A stretch of 64,000 bases of DNA, taken from the NCBI GenBank assembly GCA_017509685.1, contig JAFWPA010000087.1, forward strand, positions 768 through 64,767, read 5' to 3'. A model generated the notes under the pieces. The model did not search any database. It was given only the letters and a program-made list of their open reading frames with translations, and was not told the DNA's origin. The DNA is from Bacteroidales bacterium (GTDB lineage: Bacteria > Bacteroidota > Bacteroidia > Bacteroidales > UBA932). The translations under genes and the position numbers were made by a program. Positions within the stretch are counted from its first letter, which is position 1. Each line of letters opens with the position of its first letter. Below, one piece after another: positions 9,324 to 18,358 of the stretch.

Positions 9324-10307
9324 ATGAACGTATATGGCAATGAGGAAATCGTGAAAGCCTTCCATCAGATGGTGGAGAGCGGCCACGTGCCCCATGCCAT
9401 GCTGCTTCACGAAGACGATGGCGGCGGGGCTTTCCCCCTGGTGCTCAACTTCCTGGAGGAACTGTACGGGGGCAATCCCCGCGTGCAGAAACTGATTCAC
9501 CCGGACATCCACTTCGTTTTTCCGGTGGCGGGATCCGATAAACCGGTATCCCTGCAGTTCGTGGGCCCGTTCCGGGAACTGCTGCTGGCCAATCCCTATT
9601 TCTTTGAGAATGAGCTGTATGCGGCCATCGGCATCGAAGGCAAGCAAAGCAATATTTCCGTGAACGAGGCCCGCTCCATCCTGGAGCGCCTGTCCCTGAG
9701 CGCAGTGGAAGGCGGTTACCGGACGGTAGTCCTCTACCTCCCAGAAAAGATGAACGCACAGGCCGCCAACGCCCTGCTGAAGATGGTGGAGGAACCCCCG
9801 CAGTACACGCTCTTCCTTCTCATCACCCATGCACCGGAAAAGGTGCTCATTACCATTTCCTCCCGCTGCCTGCACATGCGGGTGCAGCCCCTGAGCCCGG
9901 AGGCCGATGCATTGGTTCACGCCAAGGAGGCCGCCGGCAACACCGTGCTGCAGGACTTGTTCCACGACCTGCTGGACGCCATCGTGGCCAGGGACCTTCT
10001 CAAGGCTCTGGAGACAGGTGAGGCCGTAGCCGACCTCAAGGTGCGGGAACAGCAGAAATCCTTCTGCAAGCTGGCGTCCGAAGACCTCCGGCGCATCTTC
10101 CTGCTGCAGAAAATGCAGCAGTTGGCTCGCATTCCCGCCGGAGAGGAAGCCTATTACGGGTCTGTGGCCAAAAGACTGCAACCCAAATTTGCGCGCCTGG
10201 GCATGGAGGCCCTGGACCGGTCCCTGATGCTCATCGAGCGCAACGTAAACCAGAAAATTCTCTTCACCACCCTGGTGAATCAACTATATACTATTCAGAA
10301 TCCATGA
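9324..10307 (+). CDS. holB: DNA polymerase III delta' subunit
   Basis: HPDIHFVFP, MNAQAANALLKMVEEPP, TISSRC; conserved position before the PSP1 gene. Confidence 0.88.
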   Translation: MNVYGNEEIVKAFHQMVESGHVPHAMLLHEDDGGGAFPLVLNFLEELYGGNPRVQKLIHPDIHFVFPVAGSDKPVSLQFVGPFRELLLANPYFFENELYAAIGIEGKQSNISVNEARSILERLSLSAVEGGYRTVVLYLPEKMNAQAANALLKMVEEPPQYTLFLLITHAPEKVLITISSRCLHMRVQPLSPEADALVHAKEAAGNTVLQDLFHDLLDAIVARDLLKALETGEAVADLKVREQQKSFCKLASEDLRRIFLLQKMQQLARIPAGEEAYYGSVAKRLQPKFARLGMEALDRSLMLIERNVNQKILFTTLVNQLYTIQNP

Positions 10308-11455
10308 TCGATTACTCTAACGAAACCATCCAGTTCGACTGCTTCCGCGGCTGCTCCGTGGCCACGGACGACAAAACCGGAGAGCAGGACATCCGCTACC
10401 GGCAGGGATGCTGCAAGCTGGAGGTATACAATACGCTCAAGGGAATAGCCCAGGAGCAGTTCAACGACCTTTTCGAGGTCCGTTTCAAGAATACGCGCAA
10501 GGGCATCTACGTCAATGCCAGCGGCCAGAGTATCAAGACGGGAGACCTGGTGGTGGTGGAAGCCTCCACGGGCCACGACCTGGGCATCGTGACGCTGGAA
10601 GGCCCCATCGTGGGCCGACAGATGAAGTGCAAAGGCGTGGATTCCCGGGACGATCTCAAGAAAATCTACCGCAAGGCCCGTCCCTTTGACATCCAGCGCT
10701 GGCAGGAAGCCATCGCCCGCGAGCAGGAAACCATGATCCGCGCCCGCGTGTTGGCCAACAACCTGGGCCTGGAGATGAAGATTGGGGACGTGGAGTTCCA
10801 AGGAGACGGCACCAAGGCCATCTTCTACTATATTGCCGACGGCCGCGTGGACTTCCGCCAGCTCATCAAGGACTTCGCCGAGGAATTCCATATCCGCGTG
10901 GAGATGAAGCAGATCGGCGCACGTCAGGAAGCCGGCCTCATCGGCGGCCTGGGCGTATGCGGCCGGGAACTTTGCTGCGCCAACTACATCACGGAGTTCA
11001 AGTCCATCACCACGTCGGCCGCCCGTACGCAGGACCTGTCCCTGAATCCCCAGAAACTGGCCGGCCAGTGCGGCAAGCTCAAGTGCTGCCTCAATTACGA
11101 GGTGGAGGCCTATCTGGACGCCCATTCCCGCCTTCCGCGCGTGAACGAGCCCCTGGAGCTGCAGGACGGTCAGGCCTGGCTGGTCAAGACGGACATCCTG
11201 GCCGAGACCCTCTACTTCTCCTACGAGAAAGGCTCCCTGGCGCAGATTTTCCCGCTTTCGGCCGATGAGGTCCGGGAAATCCAGGCCCTGAACCGCCGCG
11301 GCGAAAAGCCCGCCACCCTGCGGCAGGAAGACGTATCGGCCCCCGAATTCATCACGGCCGTGGGAGACGACGCCATCAACCGCTTCGACCCCGAAAAGAA
11401 GAAGCGCCGCCGCAAGAACCGTAACCGCAACAAGAAAGCCGCCCCCAAAGAGTGA
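10304..11455 (+). CDS. ricT: PSP1/RicT(YaaT)-family protein
   Basis: ADGRVDFRQLIK, QIGARQEA, GVCGRELCC, KLAGQCGKLKCCLNYE. Confidence 0.9.
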   Translation: MIDYSNETIQFDCFRGCSVATDDKTGEQDIRYRQGCCKLEVYNTLKGIAQEQFNDLFEVRFKNTRKGIYVNASGQSIKTGDLVVVEASTGHDLGIVTLEGPIVGRQMKCKGVDSRDDLKKIYRKARPFDIQRWQEAIAREQETMIRARVLANNLGLEMKIGDVEFQGDGTKAIFYYIADGRVDFRQLIKDFAEEFHIRVEMKQIGARQEAGLIGGLGVCGRELCCANYITEFKSITTSAARTQDLSLNPQKLAGQCGKLKCCLNYEVEAYLDAHSRLPRVNEPLELQDGQAWLVKTDILAETLYFSYEKGSLAQIFPLSADEVREIQALNRRGEKPATLRQEDVSAPEFITAVGDDAINRFDPEKKKRRRKNRNRNKKAAPKE

Positions 11456-11856
11456 AGCGTCTCTTACCCATCCTGCTCCTGCTGGCCGTCGCGTGCACCC
11501 GGCCCGCCTCCACGGAAACTTTCATCCGGGGCAACGGCCCTTATGCCTTTACCGTGGATATGGCCGACAGTACCGCCGCCTATGACTTTGACCTCTATAC
11601 ACGGGTAGACCGCTCCGACAGCCCTTCCCAGCTTCTGCTGGACATTACCTGGAAAGCGCCCTCGGATTCCACCTTCACCGAAAGCGTGTACCTGCCCCTG
11701 ACCCGTGGCGCATCCTTCTTCTCCCGCGACGCCTATGCCCCCTACCGTGCCGGAGTGGTGCCGGAGGAAAACGGTGTCTGGACCGTCACCGTGGCCGTTC
11801 CCAACCCGCCGGAAGGCCTCTGCGGCATGGGGCTGGTGGTTAAAAGCATCAAATAA
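11452..11856 (+). CDS. gldH: GldH-like lipoprotein
   Basis: Lipobox LAVAC; ends GLCGMGLVV; follows ricT as in other Bacteroidota. Confidence 0.65.
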   Translation: MKRLLPILLLLAVACTRPASTETFIRGNGPYAFTVDMADSTAAYDFDLYTRVDRSDSPSQLLLDITWKAPSDSTFTESVYLPLTRGASFFSRDAYAPYRAGVVPEENGVWTVTVAVPNPPEGLCGMGLVVKSIK

Positions 11857-12770
11857 TGGGACACGGTAAGTTAAAGAAATTCGCCGAGAACGAGACTTTC
11901 CGCTGCCTTCTGCAGCCGGATGCATCGGCTATCCTTAACAAGGAGCCCGGGAGCAAGGCGCTCAAGCTGAACGACCACGCCATCAAGGGCCGATGGGGAC
12001 AGGAGATGTTTGGCAACGACCATCCCATTGTCCTGGAACTGGGCTGTGGCAAGGGGGACTACACTATTGCCCTGGCCCGCCGGCATCCGGAAATCAACTA
12101 TATCGGCGTGGACATCAAAGGCGCCCGCCTGTGGAAAGGCGCCAAGACCGCCACGGAAGAGCAGATGCCCAACGTGGCCTTCCTGCGCACCCGCATCGAG
12201 TTCATCGACGCCTTCTTCGGCCCCAGCGAAGTGAGCGAAATCTGGCTCACCTTCTCCGACCCCCAGCTTCGCGGCAGCGAAAACGCCCGCCTCTCGTCCC
12301 CGCTCTTCCTTGAACGATACCGCCACTTCCTAATCCCCGGCGGCATCATCCACCTAAAGACCGACTCTCGCTACCTCTATGAATACACCCAGGCTGTCGT
12401 GAAAGTCAATGATTTACAAGTACTTGCCTACGGCACAAACATTTATCAGGAGGGGATACACATGCCCAAATCGTCGCTTCGCGACCCCTCCCATCCTGAC
12501 GGATGGGCCCCTCCCTCTTACGCGGCCGAGGGTGGCCACGGATTTCGGCATGTGTATCCCCTCCTGACAGATTTAGATGCGGTTACTCAGGTGCAGACAT
12601 TTTACGAGAGTATGTTCCTGGAAATGGGGTTGCCGATTACGTATCTGGCGTTTTGTATAGACCATGAGGGGCTTTACCGGTTCCCGGGGGAGATGTTCGA
12701 TCATGAGAAATGGCTGGAGGCGGAGGGGCCGCGGAGAAGTTTTTCTCATCAGCCAAACAAGAAAGGGTGA
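11856..12770 (+). CDS. trmB: tRNA (guanine-N7)-methyltransferase carrying a 40-aa in-frame insertion
   Basis: VLELGCGKG, GVDIKGAR, EIWLTFSDP, IHLKTD, QTFYE. Confidence 0.95.
   Translation: MGHGKLKKFAENETFRCLLQPDASAILNKEPGSKALKLNDHAIKGRWGQEMFGNDHPIVLELGCGKGDYTIALARRHPEINYIGVDIKGARLWKGAKTATEEQMPNVAFLRTRIEFIDAFFGPSEVSEIWLTFSDPQLRGSENARLSSPLFLERYRHFLIPGGIIHLKTDSRYLYEYTQAVVKVNDLQVLAYGTNIYQEGIHMPKSSLRDPSHPDGWAPPSYAAEGGHGFRHVYPLLTDLDAVTQVQTFYESMFLEMGLPITYLAFCIDHEGLYRFPGEMFDHEKWLEAEGPRRSFSHQPNKKG
12446..12567. repeat. 122-bp palindromic (MITE/REP/RPE-like) element inserted in frame in trmB
   Basis: Perfect 21-bp inverted repeat TCAGGAGGGGATACACATGCC (12446-12466) / GGCATGTGTATCCCCTCCTGA (12547-12567) with internal hairpins. 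Confidence 0.85.
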
Positions 12771-12786
12771 TATCACCCTTTTTTTT
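12762..12786 (+). terminator. Intrinsic terminator overlapping the trmB stop
   Basis: 20-bp palindrome AAAGGGTGATATCACCCTTT followed by a T run. Confidence 0.7.
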
Positions 12787-12803
12787 GTTATATTTGTAGG
12801 ACT

Positions 12804-13121
12804 ATGGCAAAATTGATTTATACTATGGGCGAAGTGGCGCAGGAGCTGGGGGAAAATACCTCGGCCATACGCTACTGGAGCAATTACTTCGAGCAGTTCG
12901 TGAAGCCGCAGCGCAACGCCAAGGGCAACCGTCTGTACCACCCGGAAGACATTGAGACACTCCGGCAGATCCAGTACCTGGTGAAGAACCAGGGTCTTAC
13001 GCTGGAGGGGGCCAAGCAGCGGATGACGGAGGACCGACGCGGCGTGGAGCGGCGCGTGAAAGTGCTGGGCATGCTCAAGGAGATACGCCAGGACCTGGTT
13101 TCTGTGAAAAAAGCGCTCTAA
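12804..13121 (+). CDS. MerR-family HTH regulator
   Basis: YTMGEVAQELGENTSAIRYW...RNAKGNRLY; TATATTTG at 12789-12796. Confidence 0.9.
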   Translation: MAKLIYTMGEVAQELGENTSAIRYWSNYFEQFVKPQRNAKGNRLYHPEDIETLRQIQYLVKNQGLTLEGAKQRMTEDRRGVERRVKVLGMLKEIRQDLVSVKKAL

Positions 13122-13125
13122 ACAT

Positions 13126-13914
13126 ATGAAAGTAGGAGACATCACCGCGGTGCTGGAGGCCTTTGCCCCCCTCCGCCTTCAGGAAAGCTGGGACAACAGC
13201 GGCCTCATCATCGGCAGCCCCGATGACGATGTCCACGGCGTGCTGGTGGGCTTCGACTGCACATCGGCCCTCATCGACGAGGCTGTGGAAAAAGGCTGCG
13301 ACATGGTGGTGACGCACCACCCGCTCATCTTCAAGGGGGTTCGCCGCATCGACAGCAAGGACCCCGTGGGGGCGGCCATCATGAAGGCCATCCGCAAGGG
13401 GGTGGCGGTGTATGCCGCGCACACCACGGCCGATAAGGTCATCGCCGGCGTGAGCGGTGCCATGGCCCGCCGGCTGGAACTGAAGAACGTCTCCATCATG
13501 GTACCGGAGGAAGACGGTACCATCGGCCTCGGTTGCATCGGGGACTTGCCCCGGCCGATGACCGGGGAAGAGGCTCTGCGCTATGTGCAGAAGAAATTCG
13601 GCCTCAAGGTAATCAAGAGCTCCAAGCCGCTGGAGACGCCCATTTCCAAGGTAGCGCTTCTGGGCGGCAGCGGGGAGGGGGAGATTCCCCAGGCGCAGGC
13701 AAAGGGTGCACAGCTTTACATCACCGCCGACATTTCCTACCACCATTTCTTCACCCCGGAAGGCTTTATGGTAATGGATGTGGGTCATTTTGAGAGTGAA
13801 GTGGAGATTGTGGACATTTTCGTAGAGGAAATCCGGAAAAAATTCCCTACCTTTGCAAGCTACAAAAGCAGCGCGCTGGACAGGAGCAACCCGGTCCACT
13901 ACTTTTTGATGTAA
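13126..13914 (+). CDS. Nif3-like dinuclear metal centre protein
   Basis: QESWDNSGL, VTHHPLIF, YAAHT, GHFESE. Confidence 0.93.
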   Translation: MKVGDITAVLEAFAPLRLQESWDNSGLIIGSPDDDVHGVLVGFDCTSALIDEAVEKGCDMVVTHHPLIFKGVRRIDSKDPVGAAIMKAIRKGVAVYAAHTTADKVIAGVSGAMARRLELKNVSIMVPEEDGTIGLGCIGDLPRPMTGEEALRYVQKKFGLKVIKSSKPLETPISKVALLGGSGEGEIPQAQAKGAQLYITADISYHHFFTPEGFMVMDVGHFESEVEIVDIFVEEIRKKFPTFASYKSSALDRSNPVHYFLM

Positions 13915-13935
13915 AAATAAATCGATTTATATTGT

Positions 13936-14760
13936 ATGGCAAGTACCAAAAAAACCACCGCCGCCAAAGTGCAGGCCCCTATCGACAACCGTGAAACTTT
14001 CGTCTCCCTGCAGAAGAGTTTCGCCGATTCCGATATGCCGGTAGAGGAAAAACTGAAGACCCTGTACCAGCTGCAGGCCGCGGATTCCGAAATTGACAAG
14101 ATCATCCAGCTGCGTGGTGAACTCCCCGCAGAGGTGGCCGCCCTGGAAGAGGAAATCGCCGACCTCAAGGAGCGCAGCGCCGCCATCAGCGCCGTGATCG
14201 ACCAGCTCAACCGCAATATCGCCGACGCCAAACTGGCCATCGCCGAGCACGAGAGCATCATCGAGAAATACCAGCGTCAGCTGGAAACCATCTCCAATTC
14301 CCGCGAATACGATTCCCTGAACAAGGAAATCGAGAACCAGGAACTCCTTCGTCAGATTGGTGAAAAGACCATCAACGACACCCGCATGGAGATCAGCAGC
14401 AAGAAGTCCGAACTGGAAGACCTGAAGGACCGTCTGAGCATCCGCACCGAGGACCTGGCCGCCAAGAAGACCGAACTGGAGAACATCGTGGAAGAGACCG
14501 CCAAGGAAGAGGCCGTCCTGCGTGAGCGCCGCGAAGAGTGCGCCGCCAAGATTGACGCCCGTACCATGAGCGCCTACGAGCGCATCCGCGCCAGCGTGCA
14601 CAACCGCCTGGCCGTGGTGGGTATCTACAACGGAGACTCCTGCGGAGGTTGCTTCAACACCATCACTCCCCAGCGTCGCGTAGAGATTGTTTCCAACAAG
14701 AAGCTCATCATCTGCGAGCATTGCGGCCGCATCATCATCAACCCGGATTTCGCCCAGTAG
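13936..14760 (+). CDS. Coiled-coil C4-type zinc-ribbon protein (DUF164/CT398-like)
   Basis: Long coiled coil followed by CGGC...CEHCGRI; usual neighbour of nif3. Confidence 0.88.
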   Translation: MASTKKTTAAKVQAPIDNRETFVSLQKSFADSDMPVEEKLKTLYQLQAADSEIDKIIQLRGELPAEVAALEEEIADLKERSAAISAVIDQLNRNIADAKLAIAEHESIIEKYQRQLETISNSREYDSLNKEIENQELLRQIGEKTINDTRMEISSKKSELEDLKDRLSIRTEDLAAKKTELENIVEETAKEEAVLRERREECAAKIDARTMSAYERIRASVHNRLAVVGIYNGDSCGGCFNTITPQRRVEIVSNKKLIICEHCGRIIINPDFAQ

Positions 14761-14767
14761 TATCTTT

Positions 14768-16249
14768 ATGCCGGACGCCAGAGGAAAGAAAGCACAGGAA
14801 CCGCAGAACCTGGAAACGCTGATGGGGAACAAACCCCCGCAGGCGTTGGACGTGGAAGCGGCTGTCCTGGGAGCTATGCTGGTAGAGCCCGCCACCATTG
14901 ACGAATCAATGGAGGAGCTCTCGGCGTCCTGCTTCTACGACCCCCAGCACCGCATCATCTTCGAGGCTATGTCGGAGCTGGTGAACGAGCACGTTTCCAT
15001 TGACCTGGTTACCGTCAGTGAGAAACTCCGCTCCAAAGGGAATCTGGATGACGTGGGCGGTCCCGCCCACTTGGCCAACCTGTCGCAGAACATCGGAGCG
15101 GCGGCCCATATCGAATACTATATCAAGATCCTCAAGCAGAAGACCATTCAGCGGGATCTGATTACCGCTTCCTATGAGATTCTGAAACAGTCCTTCGACG
15201 AGTCCACCAACGTGGATGACCTCATTGACAACGCGCAGACCAAGGTGTTTGCCGCCATTCAGAACAACGTGAAGCGCGATGTGCAGGACATCGGCTCCAT
15301 CATCAATTCCGTCCTGGACAATCTGCAGGAACTGCAGGGCATCACCGGCCCGTCCGGCGTGCCTTCCGGCTACCCGTCCATCGACCGCATCACCCAGGGC
15401 TGGCAGAAGAGCGACCTCATCATCCTGGCCGCCCGTCCCTCTGTGGGTAAGACGGCCTTTGCGCTGAACATCGCCCGCAATGCGGCCGTGGAAGCCAATA
15501 TGCCCGTGGCGGTTTTCTCCCTGGAAATGAGCGCAGACCAGCTGGGTAAACGTCTCATCACCACGGAGAGCGGCCTGTCTGGAGAGAAGATCAAGGGCGG
15601 GGTCAAGCTGGAGCAGTACGAGTGGTTCCAGCTGGAAGACACCCTGAAACGGCTGGCCAAGGCACCTTTATATATAGATGACACGCCCGGCATTCCCATT
15701 ATGGAGTTCCGCACCAAGGCCAAGCGTCTGGTGAAGCAGAAAGGCGTGCGTCTCATCGTGGTGGACTACCTGCAGCTGATGCAGGGACCGGTAGAGCTGC
15801 GCGGCCTGCGTGAGCAGGAAGTGGCGGCCATCTCCCGCACCCTCAAGGCCACCGCCAAGGAACTGAACATCCCCATCATCGCCCTGTCCCAGTTGTCCCG
15901 TAATGCGGTGCAGCGTACGGGCGGTACCGGCAAGCCGCAGCTGAGCGACCTGCGTGAGTCCGGCTCCATCGAGCAGGATGCCGATATGGTGATTTTCATC
16001 CATCGCCCGGACTTTGTGGGCATGAGCGACAACCCCGAAGACAAGGAAAAAGCATATATTGTTATCGCAAAACACCGTAATGGCGAGGTTTGTGATATAG
16101 AGATGAAGTATAAGGCTTCCCAGGTGAAGTTTGTGGAACCGGATCAGAGCCTGGACGTGTATGCACGCCAGGGGCCGGTGGCCAGCGCCGCCAATGAACC
16201 CGGCGCGGCCGGCACGGACTACAACTTTGACAGCCAGAACGACTTCTAG
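14768..16249 (+). CDS. dnaB: Replicative DNA helicase
   Basis: AARPSVGKT, FSLEM, VVDYLQL, LSQLSR, DLRESGSIEQDAD, IAKHRNG; no intein. Confidence 0.97.
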   Translation: MPDARGKKAQEPQNLETLMGNKPPQALDVEAAVLGAMLVEPATIDESMEELSASCFYDPQHRIIFEAMSELVNEHVSIDLVTVSEKLRSKGNLDDVGGPAHLANLSQNIGAAAHIEYYIKILKQKTIQRDLITASYEILKQSFDESTNVDDLIDNAQTKVFAAIQNNVKRDVQDIGSIINSVLDNLQELQGITGPSGVPSGYPSIDRITQGWQKSDLIILAARPSVGKTAFALNIARNAAVEANMPVAVFSLEMSADQLGKRLITTESGLSGEKIKGGVKLEQYEWFQLEDTLKRLAKAPLYIDDTPGIPIMEFRTKAKRLVKQKGVRLIVVDYLQLMQGPVELRGLREQEVAAISRTLKATAKELNIPIIALSQLSRNAVQRTGGTGKPQLSDLRESGSIEQDADMVIFIHRPDFVGMSDNPEDKEKAYIVIAKHRNGEVCDIEMKYKASQVKFVEPDQSLDVYARQGPVASAANEPGAAGTDYNFDSQNDF

Positions 16250-16250
16250 T

Positions 16251-17051
16251 ATGCGAAAGTTGATTCTCATAGCCTGTATGGCTCTTTTTTCCCTGGCGCT
16301 GGGCGCTCAGGGAATTCCTGTCTGTAAGGAGACCCCCTTCCAGGACGGGGAAAAGCTGGAGATGGTCCTCATGTTCAAGTGGGGACTGGTGAATACGGAG
16401 GTGGGTTCCGTTGCCACCAGCCTGGAGCAGGACGGTGACGTCTTCCATGCTTCCTGCCTGCTGCGTACGGCTCCTTTCTTCGACGCCTTCTACAAGATGC
16501 GGGAGCATTTCCAGAGTGTTTTCACCGTGGAAGGAAACCGTCCCCTGGAAGCGGTCCGGGATACTTACCAGAACGGCTACACGGCCAACAACTTTTTCCA
16601 GTTCGACTGGGATGCGGGCGTGGTGCACGCCCAGACGTCCTATAACGGAAAGGACCCCGATTTCAAGGACATCCCCCTGGATTGCCTGCCCCGTGACGTG
16701 GTTACGCTCATCTACCATTTCCGCGACATGGATTTCTCCAACGTTGAAGTGGGGGAGAAGGCTTTTGTCCCCTGCATCGTGGACGACGAAGTGATTACCC
16801 TGCGGGTCACCTGCCAGGGGAAGGACGACATCAAGGTAAGGAGACAGGGAAAATTCCACGCCAACCGTTTCTCCTGCACCGTTGTTTCGGGTCATCTCTT
16901 CGAGGGAGACCAGGAAGTGCAGGTATGGGTGAGCGACGACGGCAATCATATGCCGCTGGCCATCATGCTGCCCCTGCGCATGGGAACCATGTGGCTGTGG
17001 CTGAAGAAAACGGAAAACCTGAAGTATGAAGTAACCTCCCGGATCCAATGA
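16251..17051 (+). CDS. DUF3108-like exported protein
   Basis: Signal peptide, PFQDGEKL..., VWVSDDGNHMP. Confidence 0.72.
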   Translation: MRKLILIACMALFSLALGAQGIPVCKETPFQDGEKLEMVLMFKWGLVNTEVGSVATSLEQDGDVFHASCLLRTAPFFDAFYKMREHFQSVFTVEGNRPLEAVRDTYQNGYTANNFFQFDWDAGVVHAQTSYNGKDPDFKDIPLDCLPRDVVTLIYHFRDMDFSNVEVGEKAFVPCIVDDEVITLRVTCQGKDDIKVRRQGKFHANRFSCTVVSGHLFEGDQEVQVWVSDDGNHMPLAIMLPLRMGTMWLWLKKTENLKYEVTSRIQ

Positions 17052-17461
17052 GTAAAGGAAGCGTTTCACATAAGGGAAAAGTAATCAAAATGACCCCGCA
17101 GATTACTACGGTGGCCATTTTGCAGCATAGTGCCTGCGGCGAATGTCACGCCGCCGGTCTGTGCGGGATGGCCGATTTAGCCGAAAAGACGGTGGACGTG
17201 CCCACCGATCCCTACGCCACCTATAACGTGGGAGACGATGTGGAAGTGCTGCTGAAAGCCTCCATGGGCATGAAGGCCGTATGGCTGGCCTACTGCATTC
17301 CGCTGGTGATCATGCTGGCCATCGTGCTGGGTCTTCTGGGCCTGGGCGTGGGAGAAGTGGCGACGGGCGTTTCCGCCCTGGCGGCCATCGGCCTGTATTA
17401 TCTGGCCCTGTGGCTCCTGCGGGGGAAACTGCAGAACGAATATATATTCACAATCAAATAA
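17048..17461 (+). CDS. rseC: RseC/MucC-family protein
   Basis: SACGECHAAGLC and two C-terminal TM helices; directly precedes rnfB. Confidence 0.88.
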   Translation: MSKGSVSHKGKVIKMTPQITTVAILQHSACGECHAAGLCGMADLAEKTVDVPTDPYATYNVGDDVEVLLKASMGMKAVWLAYCIPLVIMLAIVLGLLGLGVGEVATGVSALAAIGLYYLALWLLRGKLQNEYIFTIK

Positions 17462-17464
17462 ACT

Positions 17465-18358
17465 ATGACGAGTACTATTATCTGGACTATTGCGGTGGTG
17501 ACCGTTCTGGGCCTGGTGCTTGCGCTGGTTCTTTACCTGGTGGCTCAAAAGTTCAAGGTAGAGGAAGACCCGCGTATTGACGAGGTAGAGAAGGTCATGC
17601 CCGGCGCCAACTGCGGTGGCTGCGGATTCGCGGGCTGCCGTGCGTTCGCCGAGGCAGCCGTAAAGGCCCCCAACCTGGACAAGAACTACTGTCCGGTGGG
17701 CGGCAACGACACCATGGCCAAGGTGGCGGCTATCCTGGGGTACGAGGTGAAAGCCAAGGCTCCTATGGTAGCCGTCGTCCGTTGTAACGGCACCTGCGAG
17801 GCCCGTCCCCGCGTGAACGACTACGACGGCTACGCCTCCTGCGTGGTGAAATCCACCCTGTACACCGGCGACACCGGCTGCGCCTTCGGCTGCCTGGGTT
17901 GCGGTGACTGCGTGAACGCCTGCCAGTTCGGCGCTCTTTCCATGGATCCCGTTACCGGCCTGCCGGTGGTGGACGAGGAAAAGTGCACCGCCTGCGGCTC
18001 CTGCGTGAAGGCTTGCCCCAAGTTCATCATCGAACTTCGCCCTAAAGGTCCCCGCGGAATGCGTGAATTCGTATCCTGCGTGAACAAGGACAAGGGTCCG
18101 GTTGCCAAGAAAGCCTGCGCCAACGCCTGCATCGGCTGCGGTATCTGCGCCAAGACTTGCACCCACGAGGCTATCGTGGTGGAAAACAACGTGGCTTACA
18201 TCGACCCCGCCAAGTGCAAACTGTGCCGCGAGTGCGAGGCCATGTGCCCCACGAACGCCATCCACGGCGTGAACTTCCCCAAGCCGCTGGACAAGGAAGC
18301 CGTGAAAGCCCGCATCAAGGAACGTCAACTTAAAGCAAAGGAGGCTGCCAATGCGTAA
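17465..18358 (+). CDS. rnfB: Rnf complex subunit B
   Basis: PGANCGGCGFAGC and several 4Fe-4S motifs. Confidence 0.94.
   Translation: MTSTIIWTIAVVTVLGLVLALVLYLVAQKFKVEEDPRIDEVEKVMPGANCGGCGFAGCRAFAEAAVKAPNLDKNYCPVGGNDTMAKVAAILGYEVKAKAPMVAVVRCNGTCEARPRVNDYDGYASCVVKSTLYTGDTGCAFGCLGCGDCVNACQFGALSMDPVTGLPVVDEEKCTACGSCVKACPKFIIELRPKGPRGMREFVSCVNKDKGPVAKKACANACIGCGICAKTCTHEAIVVENNVAYIDPAKCKLCRECEAMCPTNAIHGVNFPKPLDKEAVKARIKERQLKAKEAANA

Noticed and set aside
12446-12567. Calling the trmB element an HDV-like ribozyme or intron
   Set aside because: I could not map the canonical P1-P4 topology or splice motifs, and the frame is open, so splicing is not required.
14768-16249. Possible intein in DnaB
   Set aside because: Length is normal, motifs are contiguous, and there is no intein signature.
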